Shown piece by piece: positions 1 to 11,360 of a stretch of 64,000 bases of DNA. The translations under genes were made by a program, and so were the position numbers. Every line of letters starts with the position of its first letter. The stretch's first letter is position 1. The notes beneath the pieces were generated by a model that worked only from the letters and a program-made list of their open reading frames with translations, did not search any database and had not been told where the DNA came from. Source of the stretch: Camelus dromedarius (taxonomy: Eukaryota); NCBI RefSeq assembly GCF_036321535.1, contig NC_087436.1:67024001-67088000 (forward strand). Direction: 5' to 3'.

Positions 1-339
1 CTCGGTTCATGGCCTTTACAGGTCCCCAATCTGCACTACCCAGTGAGAGGCAGTTATTGTGAAGTTAATTAAAATTAAGCCACAGAGTCCTCAAAGACCT
101 GGGCCACTTCCATGCCACTGTGGCACTGGTAATGTGCTCACTAAGTCTGTATTTCTGCTATACTTGCAAAACTAAAATATTTTTGTATTCTTCTTAAGGA
201 CGGTTCTTCACACAACAAACTTAAATGCACAAAATGGCTGCACCTGATGCTTTGTTATAGCCAAGTCCTTACCGGCAAGTGAGGTGTTAACATACGTGGA
301 CTCTGCAGAACTTAAACCAGCTACACTGCCACAACTCAC

Positions 340-485
340 ATTATAAGCAGTGCTCACCAATCAGAAAATTATCTCATTTTGTTAATTCTCCACAACAATT
401 ATATGAGGTAAGTAGTACCATACTACAGACAAATAAACTGAGGTTAAAAAAAAGTGACTGTCCACAGAATTCAGATGTAGTAAAT
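340..485 (-). mobile_element. MIR SINE remnant
   Basis: ctcattt..aattctccacaacaattatatgaggtaagtagtacca..acagacaaataaactgaggtt resembles the antisense MIR core. Confidence 0.55.
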
Positions 486-1377
486 GATGGAGATTAGCAA
501 AACCCCTCACAAAACATAGAAAACAAAAACTTAAAATGAAACAAGACTAGTTCCTTTTTGAATTTCAAAGCCAGAGGTTTGATTTGGTTTTCTCTTGTTT
601 CTTTTTCTGTAATTCCTTACCATTTAATCCTTTCCCTTCTGGCTTTTGTGGGCTTAAATCAAAAAACAGTAATTCCAAATCTGAAAGATTAAATGGTTCT
701 GTTGTTGTTGCCCCCACACCCACTTCCAGATAAATCAAATATGATGGTTTGAAACTAGACATGGTTAAAATCCTTCAGATCCCAAGTATTTTCTGCTTTC
801 TTCAGAAGGTTGGTTGTGCCCGTTAAACAACAGCAACACGACACTGCCTAGGGTGTAGGAAGGAGAGAGTCCGTCATCACCTTCCACAAATTGGCAGGTC
901 GGTCTCACCTGCCTGAGGAGCACACCAGGCTGGTCTGGGTGTGGACCACACGCGGCTCATAGAGCGCCTGCTGCTGCCGACCCGGGCTGAACCTCGCCAG
1001 CCCGGTCTACCTGCTGAGTTGTCTTTCCGGGGGTGGGGGTGGGGAACCATTACCTAGCATCCTGAAACCGGAAAAGACAGCCAGTGCAAAGTACATAAGA
1101 CAGCTATCTTTTAAGAAACGCAAAACTGACAGACATACCTTAAAGTTTTGTACTTCTGACTGAAGAATTAAGTAAAAAAAAATCTGACTTTGTTTGATAC
1201 AAACTACTCTTTAACTTTAGGGACTGGGTCCCACGATTTTATTTAACAGAACACTATATTGTCTGACCATCCAATCTGGAATCATGACTTCCTTGCTGGG
1301 TGTTGGAACTAACAGGCCTGGGTGGGCTTTTAACCTCTTATCTTGCTTGGACTTTGCATAAATGGAGTACCTGACCA

Positions 1378-1472
1378 GGAGGAGGGAGGAAGGAAAGAGA
1401 AGGGGAGAGAAAGGAAGGAGAAAAGGAAGGAGGGAGGGAGAAAAGGAGGGGGAGAGGGGAAAGGGAGACGGG
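1378..1472. repeat. Polypurine (GA-rich) low-complexity tract
   Basis: About 90 nt of almost only G/A (ggaggagggaggaaggaaagagaagggg...). Confidence 0.9.
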
Positions 1473-1993
1473 ACAAACGAAAATAAGAATGTGAAATTAT
1501 TATAAAAGAAAAAAGACACTACCCATCTCTGAGTAAAAGAACAGGTTGTATTTTCTCTAAATCTTCCAATACTTAGCCGGAAACATGTTTCCAAATAGGA
1601 ACATTATCTCACAAAGCATATGCAAACTATTTCAACCCTTCAGTTTTGGCTCTTTGATTTTTTTTTTTTAAACCGGATCATTTACTTAACAGAGTTATGG
1701 GCCCAGTTTAGTTAGAACTGAAGATGTGTGTGATGGATGGAGACGAGAGCCTGGGCAATAGTCCAGCAACTATAACAGAATTAGAATCATCACAGACACT
1801 TAAATCCTAATTATTTAATCTGTGGGGTGTCTAACACCACAAGCATTTGACATGACTCAACGAAACTGCAGAACTTATAGGGAAATAGAAGAAAAGAAGA
1901 ACTAGATGGATGAAATAAAATGAACTAAAGAGTTATTTTCTTCCATTAGGGATTTATATTTTCAGAGTCAGTAAAACAAACGTAAAATTAGAA

Positions 1994-2031
1994 TGTGCGT
2001 GTGTATGTGTGTGCGTGCGCACGCGTGCACA
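1994..2031. repeat. Alternating purine-pyrimidine (TG/CG/CA) microsatellite
   Basis: tgtgcgtgtgtatgtgtgtgcgtgcgcacgcgtgcaca. Confidence 0.85.
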
Positions 2032-5000
2032 GGTATAGTATTTTTGTTAAATATAAAAAACAAAACCCAAGGACTTTTATTAATATCAAGTTTATAATGA
2101 TATCATTTTGACATAACCCCCCCTCCATTCTCTCTTCCAGCTTCACCACAACCTTTCCACACACTTCAAAACGTGTCTACATGCACACACACAGTCCTCA
2201 GTCCTGCATTCTGCTTATTAAATGCACAACAATTAAAGCCATGAACACTGAGTCACTGAGAGATACAGATACAGATTTTTGCATGACCTAGGGTTGACTT
2301 TTGATCCACAAAGTTTTGTATGTTCTTCAATAGTTTAAGAAATACCTTAAATGATATTAATAAAGTAACACATAGACTGATCAGAGATTGTAGCTGCGAA
2401 ACCCACAGGAAACTACAGGAAAAAAAAAAAGAACTAGAATAAAGCTTTATGAACAGAGCTTACTAGGTTTTCTTTAACTGAATATACTGTTAATGGGATT
2501 CTAAAGACAAAACTCACATTTTTTAGAGGGTTTTCAAGCATTTTTTAAATGATAGAAATGACTCCTTATGGTTTCTTTAAATTGCTAAAAATAAAAAAAA
2601 TCATTAAGAGTATACTGACATGAAATGGCAGCTAATAAATGTTATAATGCTAAACCACAGAGTTTTCAGAAACTCCAAGTGGTGTACCTACTAAATTACA
2701 GTTTTATTTTACGACTTTGTTAACACCTGAGATTCTCATTAGACTTACTAGATGACAATGTTGAGCTTTTAGAAGACAAAAAAAAGAGCAGGACCATAAT
2801 TTTCCACACATTTCACCAAACACAATTCAAATTCTCATATACTTTACAGCGTTCTTTCTTTTTATTTATTTATTTTTAGCTTTACACTAACATATTATAT
2901 TGGCTAAGAATTGTTTAAGATGGTAATGAAAGAAGTTAAATGGGAATTTAAAAATCTCTACCTCTCATGAAGTTCATTGATTAGAATTACATTTTAAATC
3001 ATTCAATTAAGTGTTTTCTTCTGTCATTTTCATATAAAATTTTTAAATTGCAGCCACCTCTTATTTTATGTGATCAGAATAAATGAAATGAATAAATCCT
3101 ACACATGTGAAATCTATAGTGTCAGAAGATGCAAATTTCAATTGTTTTAATTCTCAAGAATACTTGTACCACTATCTATTTGTAATCTGATTTATAAATA
3201 GCTATTTCATAGTACAATTTATGGCATCAGTAATCCTTATTTTTATGGAAAGTTCTTTAACACAATACCTTGCATATGTTACCAAATGTATTATAAAAAG
3301 TGAGCTGTTGTCCAAAATTTGGATTTAACATTCTTAAACATTTTTTTCTTGTTCAAAAGTAAATTTTTGTCTTGTTCAAACACTTTAAAATCTATTTTAT
3401 TAACTCTGAATAAACAAATGTCTAGAAAGCCAGAAACTAAAAAGGGAAAAGTAAATATATGATAAAGGGAGACTTCCTAAGTACTGATGTTCATTGTTTT
3501 GAAAGTTAAAAACCAAATACTTAAGAATGGATCATTTACATTTTCAATGAAACTGATAATTCAGATAAAATCTTCATAGTAAACAACGGTCAAATCTTCC
3601 AGTTTTCTAATTGTTATATAGTGCTTTGAAAAATGTTATGAATAGATCACGTTACTCATTTCCTAAATCAAATACACCTTACTGAATATACCTATTTTGT
3701 TTGCTATTTTAAAGTTATGTATTATTAAACTTTTTGTTTAAAATATGACTATTTTAATCTGTGTTTACAAAGCCTTTAGAATTCATTTTATATTTTAACT
3801 TCCTTTGTATACATTCATAGAAACAAGTATACCATTTACTCTGCAATAGAATATATGATACATTTTTAAATGTCATTTAAAAATACCACTAGGTGTGTTT
3901 ATGTATACAACAGGCTAGGATAACTCCTTTGAGGAAATCACTACCTAACCAACTGATTATATAAATTTTGATAAAATAACTAAACATGTATTTACCCAGC
4001 AGAGCACATCAGTAGGAACTATTCTGTTTTATAGATAAATATATACTCATCAGAGATACGAGAACAGCAAGAATCATTCAGTCTCTAAGGTTTTAAGAAC
4101 TATATTTTCAGCTCTCCTATTGTTTTTATAGTTAAAAGTCACCCCTACTGAAAAGAAAACAAAAGGATGAATACTGCAATCAATTTTTAATGATTTATAA
4201 GCAAGGCTGAATGTTCAAACTTCAGTTAATTTTGATGCTTTATGAAAACTAATATGCCATAATCATCTTTGAACTATTAGATACCTCTGCTAACTGAAGT
4301 TCAAGCTACTCATTAGTAAAATGAAAAGTATTTGCTAATTTAAATTGAAAAAATTAAGTATAAAGTGTTATCAATACTTTTTACAGTAGTTTTTCTTCAG
4401 GATATTAACAGCACATTTCTCTTTTTAAAAAAGAACATTAAGCTTGACTCAAAAGGAAAAAATGAATATAGTTAGTTAATATAATCATGCATATTATACT
4501 CTATTTTTACAGTCAAAGGTAGAAAGGTTTCTTCCAAATGAAAGAGAAGTTAATTGGCCACTGAAGCAAATAACAAAGGAGATTTAAGTGGTCAAGTCAA
4601 AAACAAAAATGCAGTGAAAATAACTAAAGCATAGTCATTTTCTCAACAGTAGCAATACTGAATAATGTTTAATATTTAGTTAAATAGTTTGGGGATGTTT
4701 GTCTATAAATAGCATGTCGTCTCATTCTGATATTTCTTGTATAAATACTCTAAATGGTCACATTTTGTAGAGCAGAGTATTAGTAATATAAATAGTGGCA
4801 AATAATACATTTCTTAAGCATAAAAACATGAATCCATTTCCCATACCGGTTATACCCTTTGTAGGCTTAAATAAAGAATTAACAATACTTAAAGTGACAA
4901 TATTACAATAATGTTTTCAACTGATGGAGAAATACCCATTAGAAATGCAGGAATTGTCCAACCTCTTCTCTGCCTAATATGAGGAAATGAAATCCTCTTA

Positions 5001-8000
5001 CAAGTTGCCCTGACACCCAAGAAGATCTTTGTCTACCTCAAAAAAGGCTTAAAATTTCAAGACCCAAGCCTCTGCTCTCCACTCATGGTTTATAAAGTAA
5101 AAAGCCAAAACTCTTCATGGTGTCTTCCTAGTTCCAACAATCTATGATTCAAATAGGGGTAATGGCTCTCTTTTTTTGCTCAGTAGCATCCTGGTGAGGG
5201 AATAATTTTACTGTCCTTTTTCTATGGGGTCCTGCTTCTTTATTTAAAAGGAAATGAATTACAACCGGATGACAAGACCACAAAACAAAGCCATTTAGTT
5301 TTACAAATCTATTATGTTGTCCAATCGTTTTATGGGCCTGGTCCTATTATAAACCATGAAAAACCCTAAAACAAACTTTCTTCCTTTTCTTTCTTCCCAC
5401 TGAAAACAGTTACATTTTATGAATGTTTTTCAAACAGTTAAGCCCCTCAAATTTTCCCCTTACGTGTGTGCTTCTTTCCCCCCAGAGTCCCATCCATCCC
5501 ACTTTCTCAAACATACAAAACATTCAGAGACAAGAAACTGGACTTTTCAAATATAAACTGCTGACAACTGTCAGAAGCACTTTACTGGGACATTACTGAC
5601 TGTAGCTTCAATGAATTAAGCTTGATTCACTGCGGGTGAATCATTTTCAATGCAGAGCTGTTCAGCAGTAATTGGCCAAGAATCCCTGCTGCGAAAAGCA
5701 CTTGTCAAATAATGCTTGTTTACAAATATATCTCCAGACAGAAAAAGTGGCAGTTACTGAGTAAGTCCAGGGCCACCTCTAATATTCATAACAGTGGACA
5801 TGCTCCTCTTATTAAATCTATTAAAATTTTCACTTGTTGATGCACTTGCTAATATTTGTCCTGCTTGATCATACATAAGTTTTTTGTCTTATATATGCCT
5901 TGGATTATTTTACAGCAAAAGTCTTGTGTATCACACTGTAGTTCAAAGGTTTCTTCCACAAGTTATTTTATGCCTAATGTGTGTAATAAGACAATTAAAG
6001 ATATATTTACCTTATCTTAGAATTCAGTCTAAAGAGTAAATTTTCCTCTTGTTGTTTATTATCCAGTGTATTCCAACATTCATTTCATATCAGTCCAATA
6101 TTCTAGATACATATTTTATTTCTTCTGTTCAATTCTGCTTATTTATGTCTACCAAACTTAAATTTTTAAAATGACTGGAATACCAATTATATATGTAAAC
6201 TGACATTTATTTCTATCTGCCTCAAATTTTTTTCTCACATAATGGAAACATTCATATCATACACATATATGATGTGTATATACACTACAGTATGAGAAAT
6301 ATCTATAGGTATCAATAGGTTGCAGAAAGCAAAGTGTATGAGAGCAAGTTATTAATGGAGTCAGTGCACACATCAAATCTTTCTGCCCCTGATCTTTCAA
6401 AGTCCCTCCAGAAACAGTCAAAAACAAACTTAAAAACTCGAGGCTGAACCTTTAAATAAACAAACCGATTACTGTTATAAATATCTTATATTTTTGTTCT
6501 TTGATTCAGAATAGCAGTATCATGGGGAAAAACAAAAAGGAGAAGAACATAAATATTGAAGGTCTGGGATGATACTAATGGAAAGATGGGAAACTGCATT
6601 GGGCAGTGGGGATGCATGAGATGAAATATGTACACAGTAAAATTTTATTTCTAATTAGGTAAAATAAAGACTTACAAAATGTGCCTCAGACAGACACGCT
6701 TTTATTTTTAGTGTCTTCAGAACACTGGGTGGTAAAGTACTGCTCAGCTCATTGTTGGTTAGAGCCCATCTCACTAAAGCCCAAGTTTTGCTGCGTGTTC
6801 GACTCACTGGGGAAGGAAAACACAAGTTGTGGTTGTTAAGTCTGTAATATCATCCAGTCTACCTTCCACAAGACTCCAGCTTCGCTTACAACACCTTAGG
6901 AGACCAGTGCTATTTCCTTGCTTCCATTTCCTTTTGCCTCTTCCTCCCGGAATAGCCTCTACTTCTGCTCCCATTTAGCGCCACCCTCCCAAAGACTTCA
7001 TTTCTTCCCATTCTCTAACCAAGAGCTACTTACTCCCTTATACCTCTAGATAAGCCCCTTCCCCATCACACCTGGGGGCGAGGGGAAGGTGGGGAAACTG
7101 AAACCTAATGGGAACACGAAAGGATAGATTATATTACTATTACAATTACTCTTTAAATCCAAACCAGTATGCCCCTTTCAGTGGAGTAAATTGATAAAAG
7201 GACTCCTAACCGTCATAATCCTTCGGACTTCTAGCATAATGAATCTAACACGAGATGCTAATAAAAGGACTACGACTTCAGAAAATACTTTTTTAACTTT
7301 ATAGGGAAGGTAAAAAACGCAGATTGCTTGGGTTAAGCATGGGAGATGGTAGGTAGGTAGTAGGTAGATAGATGGATCTACGTATAATTCTTAAATCAGA
7401 CTTTTAAAAATAAATTTAAAGGTTAAACAGAGAAGTTCATGGAGTGGGGTGAGGAGTCTCGATCTGCCCTGCTTTTCACACGGTTGCTGGGGAGCTGGCA
7501 GCGTTCCGAAACCAGCTCAGCGCCTTCTCCTACAGCCAAGACACAACCCGTGCAAGTCACGAGGACACACAGGACTCCGCCGCGGCTGCTTCATCTTTCC
7601 CGTCCAGTGTTCCCTGCCCCACGAGTGGAAGGAATTTCCGAAGTTTCTGTGCCTCACGCGGGGGATGTGGAGCCCCAAATCGAAACCCCAGTCTTCCAGC
7701 CGAGGGGGTAGGGTTTCCGATGTTTTCGTGGTGGAGCTGAGGGCTTCTCGCAGCCCTGACCCGGATCTGAGGTGCTGCCCCCGACCCTAGAGAGATGCGC
7801 CTTTGAGCGCTGTCCGGCCGTGTGAGAGGAGGGAGAGAGAGCCCGCAGGCCGAGGGGCTCAGCGCAGCTCCGAGAGTCGCGAGCGCCGCGCAGGTGCTGC
7901 TCCCGCGCCAGCCCTACTCTCCCGGTGCAAGGCGGGGACAGTCTTCTGGGTCCAGAGCGCAGGATTGGGGGTGGGGAGGAGAGCTGGGGACTCCAGGATC

Positions 8001-8781
8001 CGTAGCGGGGCTTTTCCCTCACGGAAACATGGGGAGACGTGACCAGAGGGTTTCCGCAGCACCTTCCTGGCGGCGACACACCCCCACCCTCCTCCCCCTC
8101 CCGCCGGCATCCCACCTTCTGCTTTCTTCCACTTTTGCCTCATTGTGATTATGAACCCCCAAAGTGAAGGGCATCCCACAGTGTGGGGCGCCTTTCGTCC
8201 TACGCCATTCCCCTCCCTCTAGAAATAACGGCTCTCACCACCCACCCCGGAATAGCAGCTGGTGATGCCCTAAATAACAGCTCCCAGAAGGCACTTTCTC
8301 TCAAAATAAAAGCATTCAGCCACCTCCACAACGTTTCCCATCCCTGGCCTCAAATAACGGTTTCTAAAAGCCCCACCGCTCCCGAGATCCTTGTCACTGC
8401 GCTCCCAACAGTTCCCAATCCTTCAAGCCCGGAATATCACTTCCACACGCACTTCAAGTGAGACACAGCCGCACCCAACCACCCAGCGAGGGTCTCGGCG
8501 CCCTTTCACACCCCGGCTTCCAACTTCCCAGCCCCCCAGCCAGCTTCGGTCCACTGGCAGGTTCGTCGCCGAGCACTCCGCAGCTAATGTCAAACAATGC
8601 AACCAGAGAAGGCGGAGAGCGAGGGAAAAAGCTAGCGAAAGCGGAAAACAAATGTTAGTTCGAGACGAAGGGTGCGATTTCATCCGCGGCAGCCGCGTCC
8701 AGAGCGCTCAGACCCGCGCTTCCAGGCCCCGCCTCGCCCCTTCGCCCGGGGCCACGGCGCTCCCCACCCCCACCGCTCTAC

Positions 8782-8962
8782 CTTCGTTGCTGGGGCTGGC
8801 CAGGAGGGTCCGGAGTGCAGCGCACAGGAGAAGGCACGTCCAGAGGGGGGCCCTGCGAGGTGCGGAGTAGCAGCCGGCCAGAGACGCAGGGGTGCTGGAG
8901 GGGTCGCCGCCACCGCCTGGGGGCCGCCGGCGTCCCGCACCCCGGGGCCCCGAACCCCGCAT
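8782..8962 (-). CDS. EPHA5: Ephrin type-A receptor 5, first coding exon (181 nt: 60 codons + 1 nt; long Arg/Gly-rich N-region plus signal-peptide hydrophobic core)
   Basis: Translation [60 protein letters not shown] matches the mammalian EPHA5 N-terminus as I recall it. Start context is gagaagATG (A at -3). The exon ends GAAG|GTAGAG (donor GT at 8781-8780), the phase-1 junction expected before VNLLDS. The ORF-track extension to 8708 is intron read-through. Confidence 0.97.
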
Positions 8963-9810
8963 CTTCTCCTCGCCGCCTCCGCCGCCGCTGTCCCGTGCCG
9001 CTCAGTCCACGGCTCACGGCTCTCGCCTCGCAGAGTGGGCGACAGAGGCTCGCGGCTCCTCCTCGTTCCCCGTGGGCTCCTTCGCCTTCTGGCACGCGGC
9101 TCGTACAAATGTGGGAACCACGGATCCTCCGAGAGGGCTGAAGTTTGCTCCCTGCTCCTCTCCCGTGGGGTTCAATGAAATACTAGTTACGGCTGATAGT
9201 GCAATTCAGGACTGGACTCAAGGGTGCCGAGAAGGTCCCGCGTCCTGTTCCTTGCCTCTTTAGACTTTAAAGGATTGGGGGGCTTTGAAATGCCACTGGG
9301 AGGAAGATAAAGGCGCCTTTTCAGTCTTCAGGGCTTAAGTGGACGAAGGTAAGGAAGACAGGTCATCTGAAGTCAAGCAGAATTCCTCAATAAAAAAGAG
9401 GAGAAAAAAGCAGGGCGGCTAAGGAGAAAAGGAGAGGAGTTGGGAAAATACAGGGTGGGGAAAATACGGGAGAGGCGAGCAAAGGAAAAGATCCAGAGAG
9501 TTCAAAGAGGCAGGAGGAAACAGCTGCGGGCTGAGCGACGACGAGGGGAGGGACTGACGGCGGCGAGCGGACAGGAGCGCGGAGCCCGGCGGCGGCGGCC
9601 CGGAGCTGCTGCGGTTCCCGCTGCTCGGGGAGGAGGCGATGTGTGAGCGGCTGGGCAGGCGAGCTTGAAACTGCACCGCCACGACGCGCTCCTGCTGAGT
9701 CTGGAGCTCCGTCGTCTCCTCGGCCTCCCGGCTCTGCGCCTCCCACCCTCCTCCCTCCTCCTCTTCCCAGCTCCCCCGCCCTCTGCTGCTCGCAGCCCTG
9801 CCAGTGAGAA
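8963..9810 (-). other. EPHA5: EPHA5 5' UTR/leader portion of exon 1 (TSS position approximate)
   Basis: GC-rich sequence contiguous with the start codon, with a pyrimidine-rich block (9390-9520 on the minus strand) and GC-box-like motifs near 9740-9785. The 5' boundary is inferred, not observed. Confidence 0.55.
9328..9366 (-). other. Upstream ORF in EPHA5 leader (MTCLPYLRPLKP*)
   Basis: ATG at 9366-9364, TGA at 9330-9328. It is the only minus-strand ATG I found between ~9840 and the main start codon. Confidence 0.55.
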
Positions 9811-11254
9811 TCTACTGTAAGTGTGAGTTGCTTAGACGAAGTCACACACCCACGGGGGGAAGTAATCTGGAAGCTGCCGTGGTGAGTGTTGCCTAGCGGT
9901 CTCCGGGAAAGGCACGTCTTCCTCCGCGGATAATTAGGGCGAAGAATTCTACTGACAACGCCTGCGAAGACCGGGGCTCCTGGGAGGCTGAAGGGAAATC
10001 AGCCCGAGTTAAGCAGCCAGCCCTTAGAGAAGCGGGTCCCTTGGTTTGGCATACTGCCTGCTGCCCATCATAGGCTTGTGGCATCAACAACCTTGTCGTC
10101 ACACACAGCCAAGCATTCGCAGGCTGTTTTGGTCCGTGGCTAGTTTCTTAAACCATCGCTCACTGCTACTGACCCTTTCTATTCTTGCAATACTTTGGTA
10201 GCTGGAATGGGATAATTAGTCAATATTTTCTTCAAAGTAAATGGTAGAATTTCTAAATATAGAGCTATGATTGAGATTGTAGGAATCAATGAATTTGACT
10301 ATTGAGTGTTGTGCTGTCCCAGATACTTTAGGATGTGATGATATAATTCATTAATTTCATTGATAGAATGTTTAATGTTTTAGAAATAATATGATATGCA
10401 GATATATGAAATTAATTCTGGTGAAATTAGCACGGGTCAATTAATTTCAAGATTTTTTAAATTAATTTCTTGTCTTCTGCTGCATTGAGAGACTTATAAA
10501 CAATTAAGAAAAAACAGTTTAAAACAATTAACTTTCCATGTTTCACCTCTATTATGTCTTCTCTTGCTTTATTATTTTTTCTTCAATTTTCTCATTCTTT
10601 TTTTTTTTTTCAAAGAGATACTGCCAAAGGGCAGTTTTAGTATACTGGCATTAAAAAACAGACTGCAAGCATCTACAAAAAAAGTGTGATTTCAGAAGAA
10701 AGGTATCTCGTTTAATTTGGTGTATAGTAATTACAGTGAAGATTAGGTTTGCACTCACATCTAATAAAGGCGAGTCTGCTCACCAACTCTGATATCTAGA
10801 GCCCTGTTTATCTTCAGAATAAATTTCTCATACTCTTTAGCTGATGACATTTGTTTTTTGTTTAAATATTTGCAATAAAGATGAAAGAATAAAACAGCAG
10901 TGATGCAATTTTGTAAAGAGGTGGAAGCTCATCTTTGATTTTTTTTTTCCCTGAAATGTTTTGGCACCAGAAATCTAAAAGCAGCTTCTTTCTATTATAA
11001 TGTGCTCCAAATGCATGAAGCAAATTTAGAGGAATGGCAGTGAATCAGTCTTGCAGTTTGGCAAAAAGCCTCACAGTGAGAAGCAAAGCTAAAATTTACG
11101 TTTCTATTTGAAGACCATTCAGAACGTAAGCCCCTCCTCCCAAATTTACAGTTGAGTTACTTAAAAATATCTAAACAGAATTATCTAGGAAGTTATCTAA
11201 AGCCGATGAATACATAATAATGCTGTGTATGAAACAGGTCATTAAATGGGGCTT

Positions 11255-11360
11255 TGAGCTTGTTTTACTTCTATCAGCCTCAGTATCCTCGTCAGTAAAA
11301 TGAGGGATGTGGAGAAGATGATCTTCAAGTTCCCTTTTCTTCCATATCCTTTGCATTTCT
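11255..11360 (+). mobile_element. MIR/MIR3 remnant
   Basis: gcctcagtatcctcgtcagtaaaatgaggg...agatgatcttcaagttccc resembles the MIR core plus MIR3-type tail. Confidence 0.6.

Larger units (their letters stand above)
1..8781 (-). other. EPHA5: EPHA5 intron 1 (5' part; continues beyond the window start)
   Basis: Begins at donor GTAGAG (8781). No sequence encoding the expected exon 2 peptide (VNLLDSRTVMGDLGW...) was found in 1-8781. Confidence 0.88.
7450..10150. promoter_or_regulatory. CpG island / EPHA5 promoter, probably bidirectional
   Basis: Abrupt rise in GC and CpG density relative to the AT-rich flanks. Spans exon 1 and the start of intron 1. GGGCGG box on the minus strand (cccccgccc at ~9773-9781). 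Confidence 0.92.

Noticed and set aside
1217..1594. 125-aa hydrophobic ORF resembling a membrane protein
   Set aside because: The F/L/P/S-rich core is simply the translation of the polypurine tract.
7803..7828. Possible REST/RE1 site (GGACAGCGCT on the minus strand)
   Set aside because: Only the right half-site matches; there is no TTCAGCACC left half at a valid spacing.
8708..8781. C-terminal part of the 84-aa ORF ([24 protein letters not shown])
   Set aside because: Lies past the exon 1 donor, so it is intronic read-through.
7439..10102. Numerous overlapping 65-168 aa ORFs on both strands in the CpG island
   Set aside because: Expected stop-codon scarcity in GC-rich DNA. Only the 8962 frame matches a known protein and has a correct splice donor; many of the others start at non-ATG codons.
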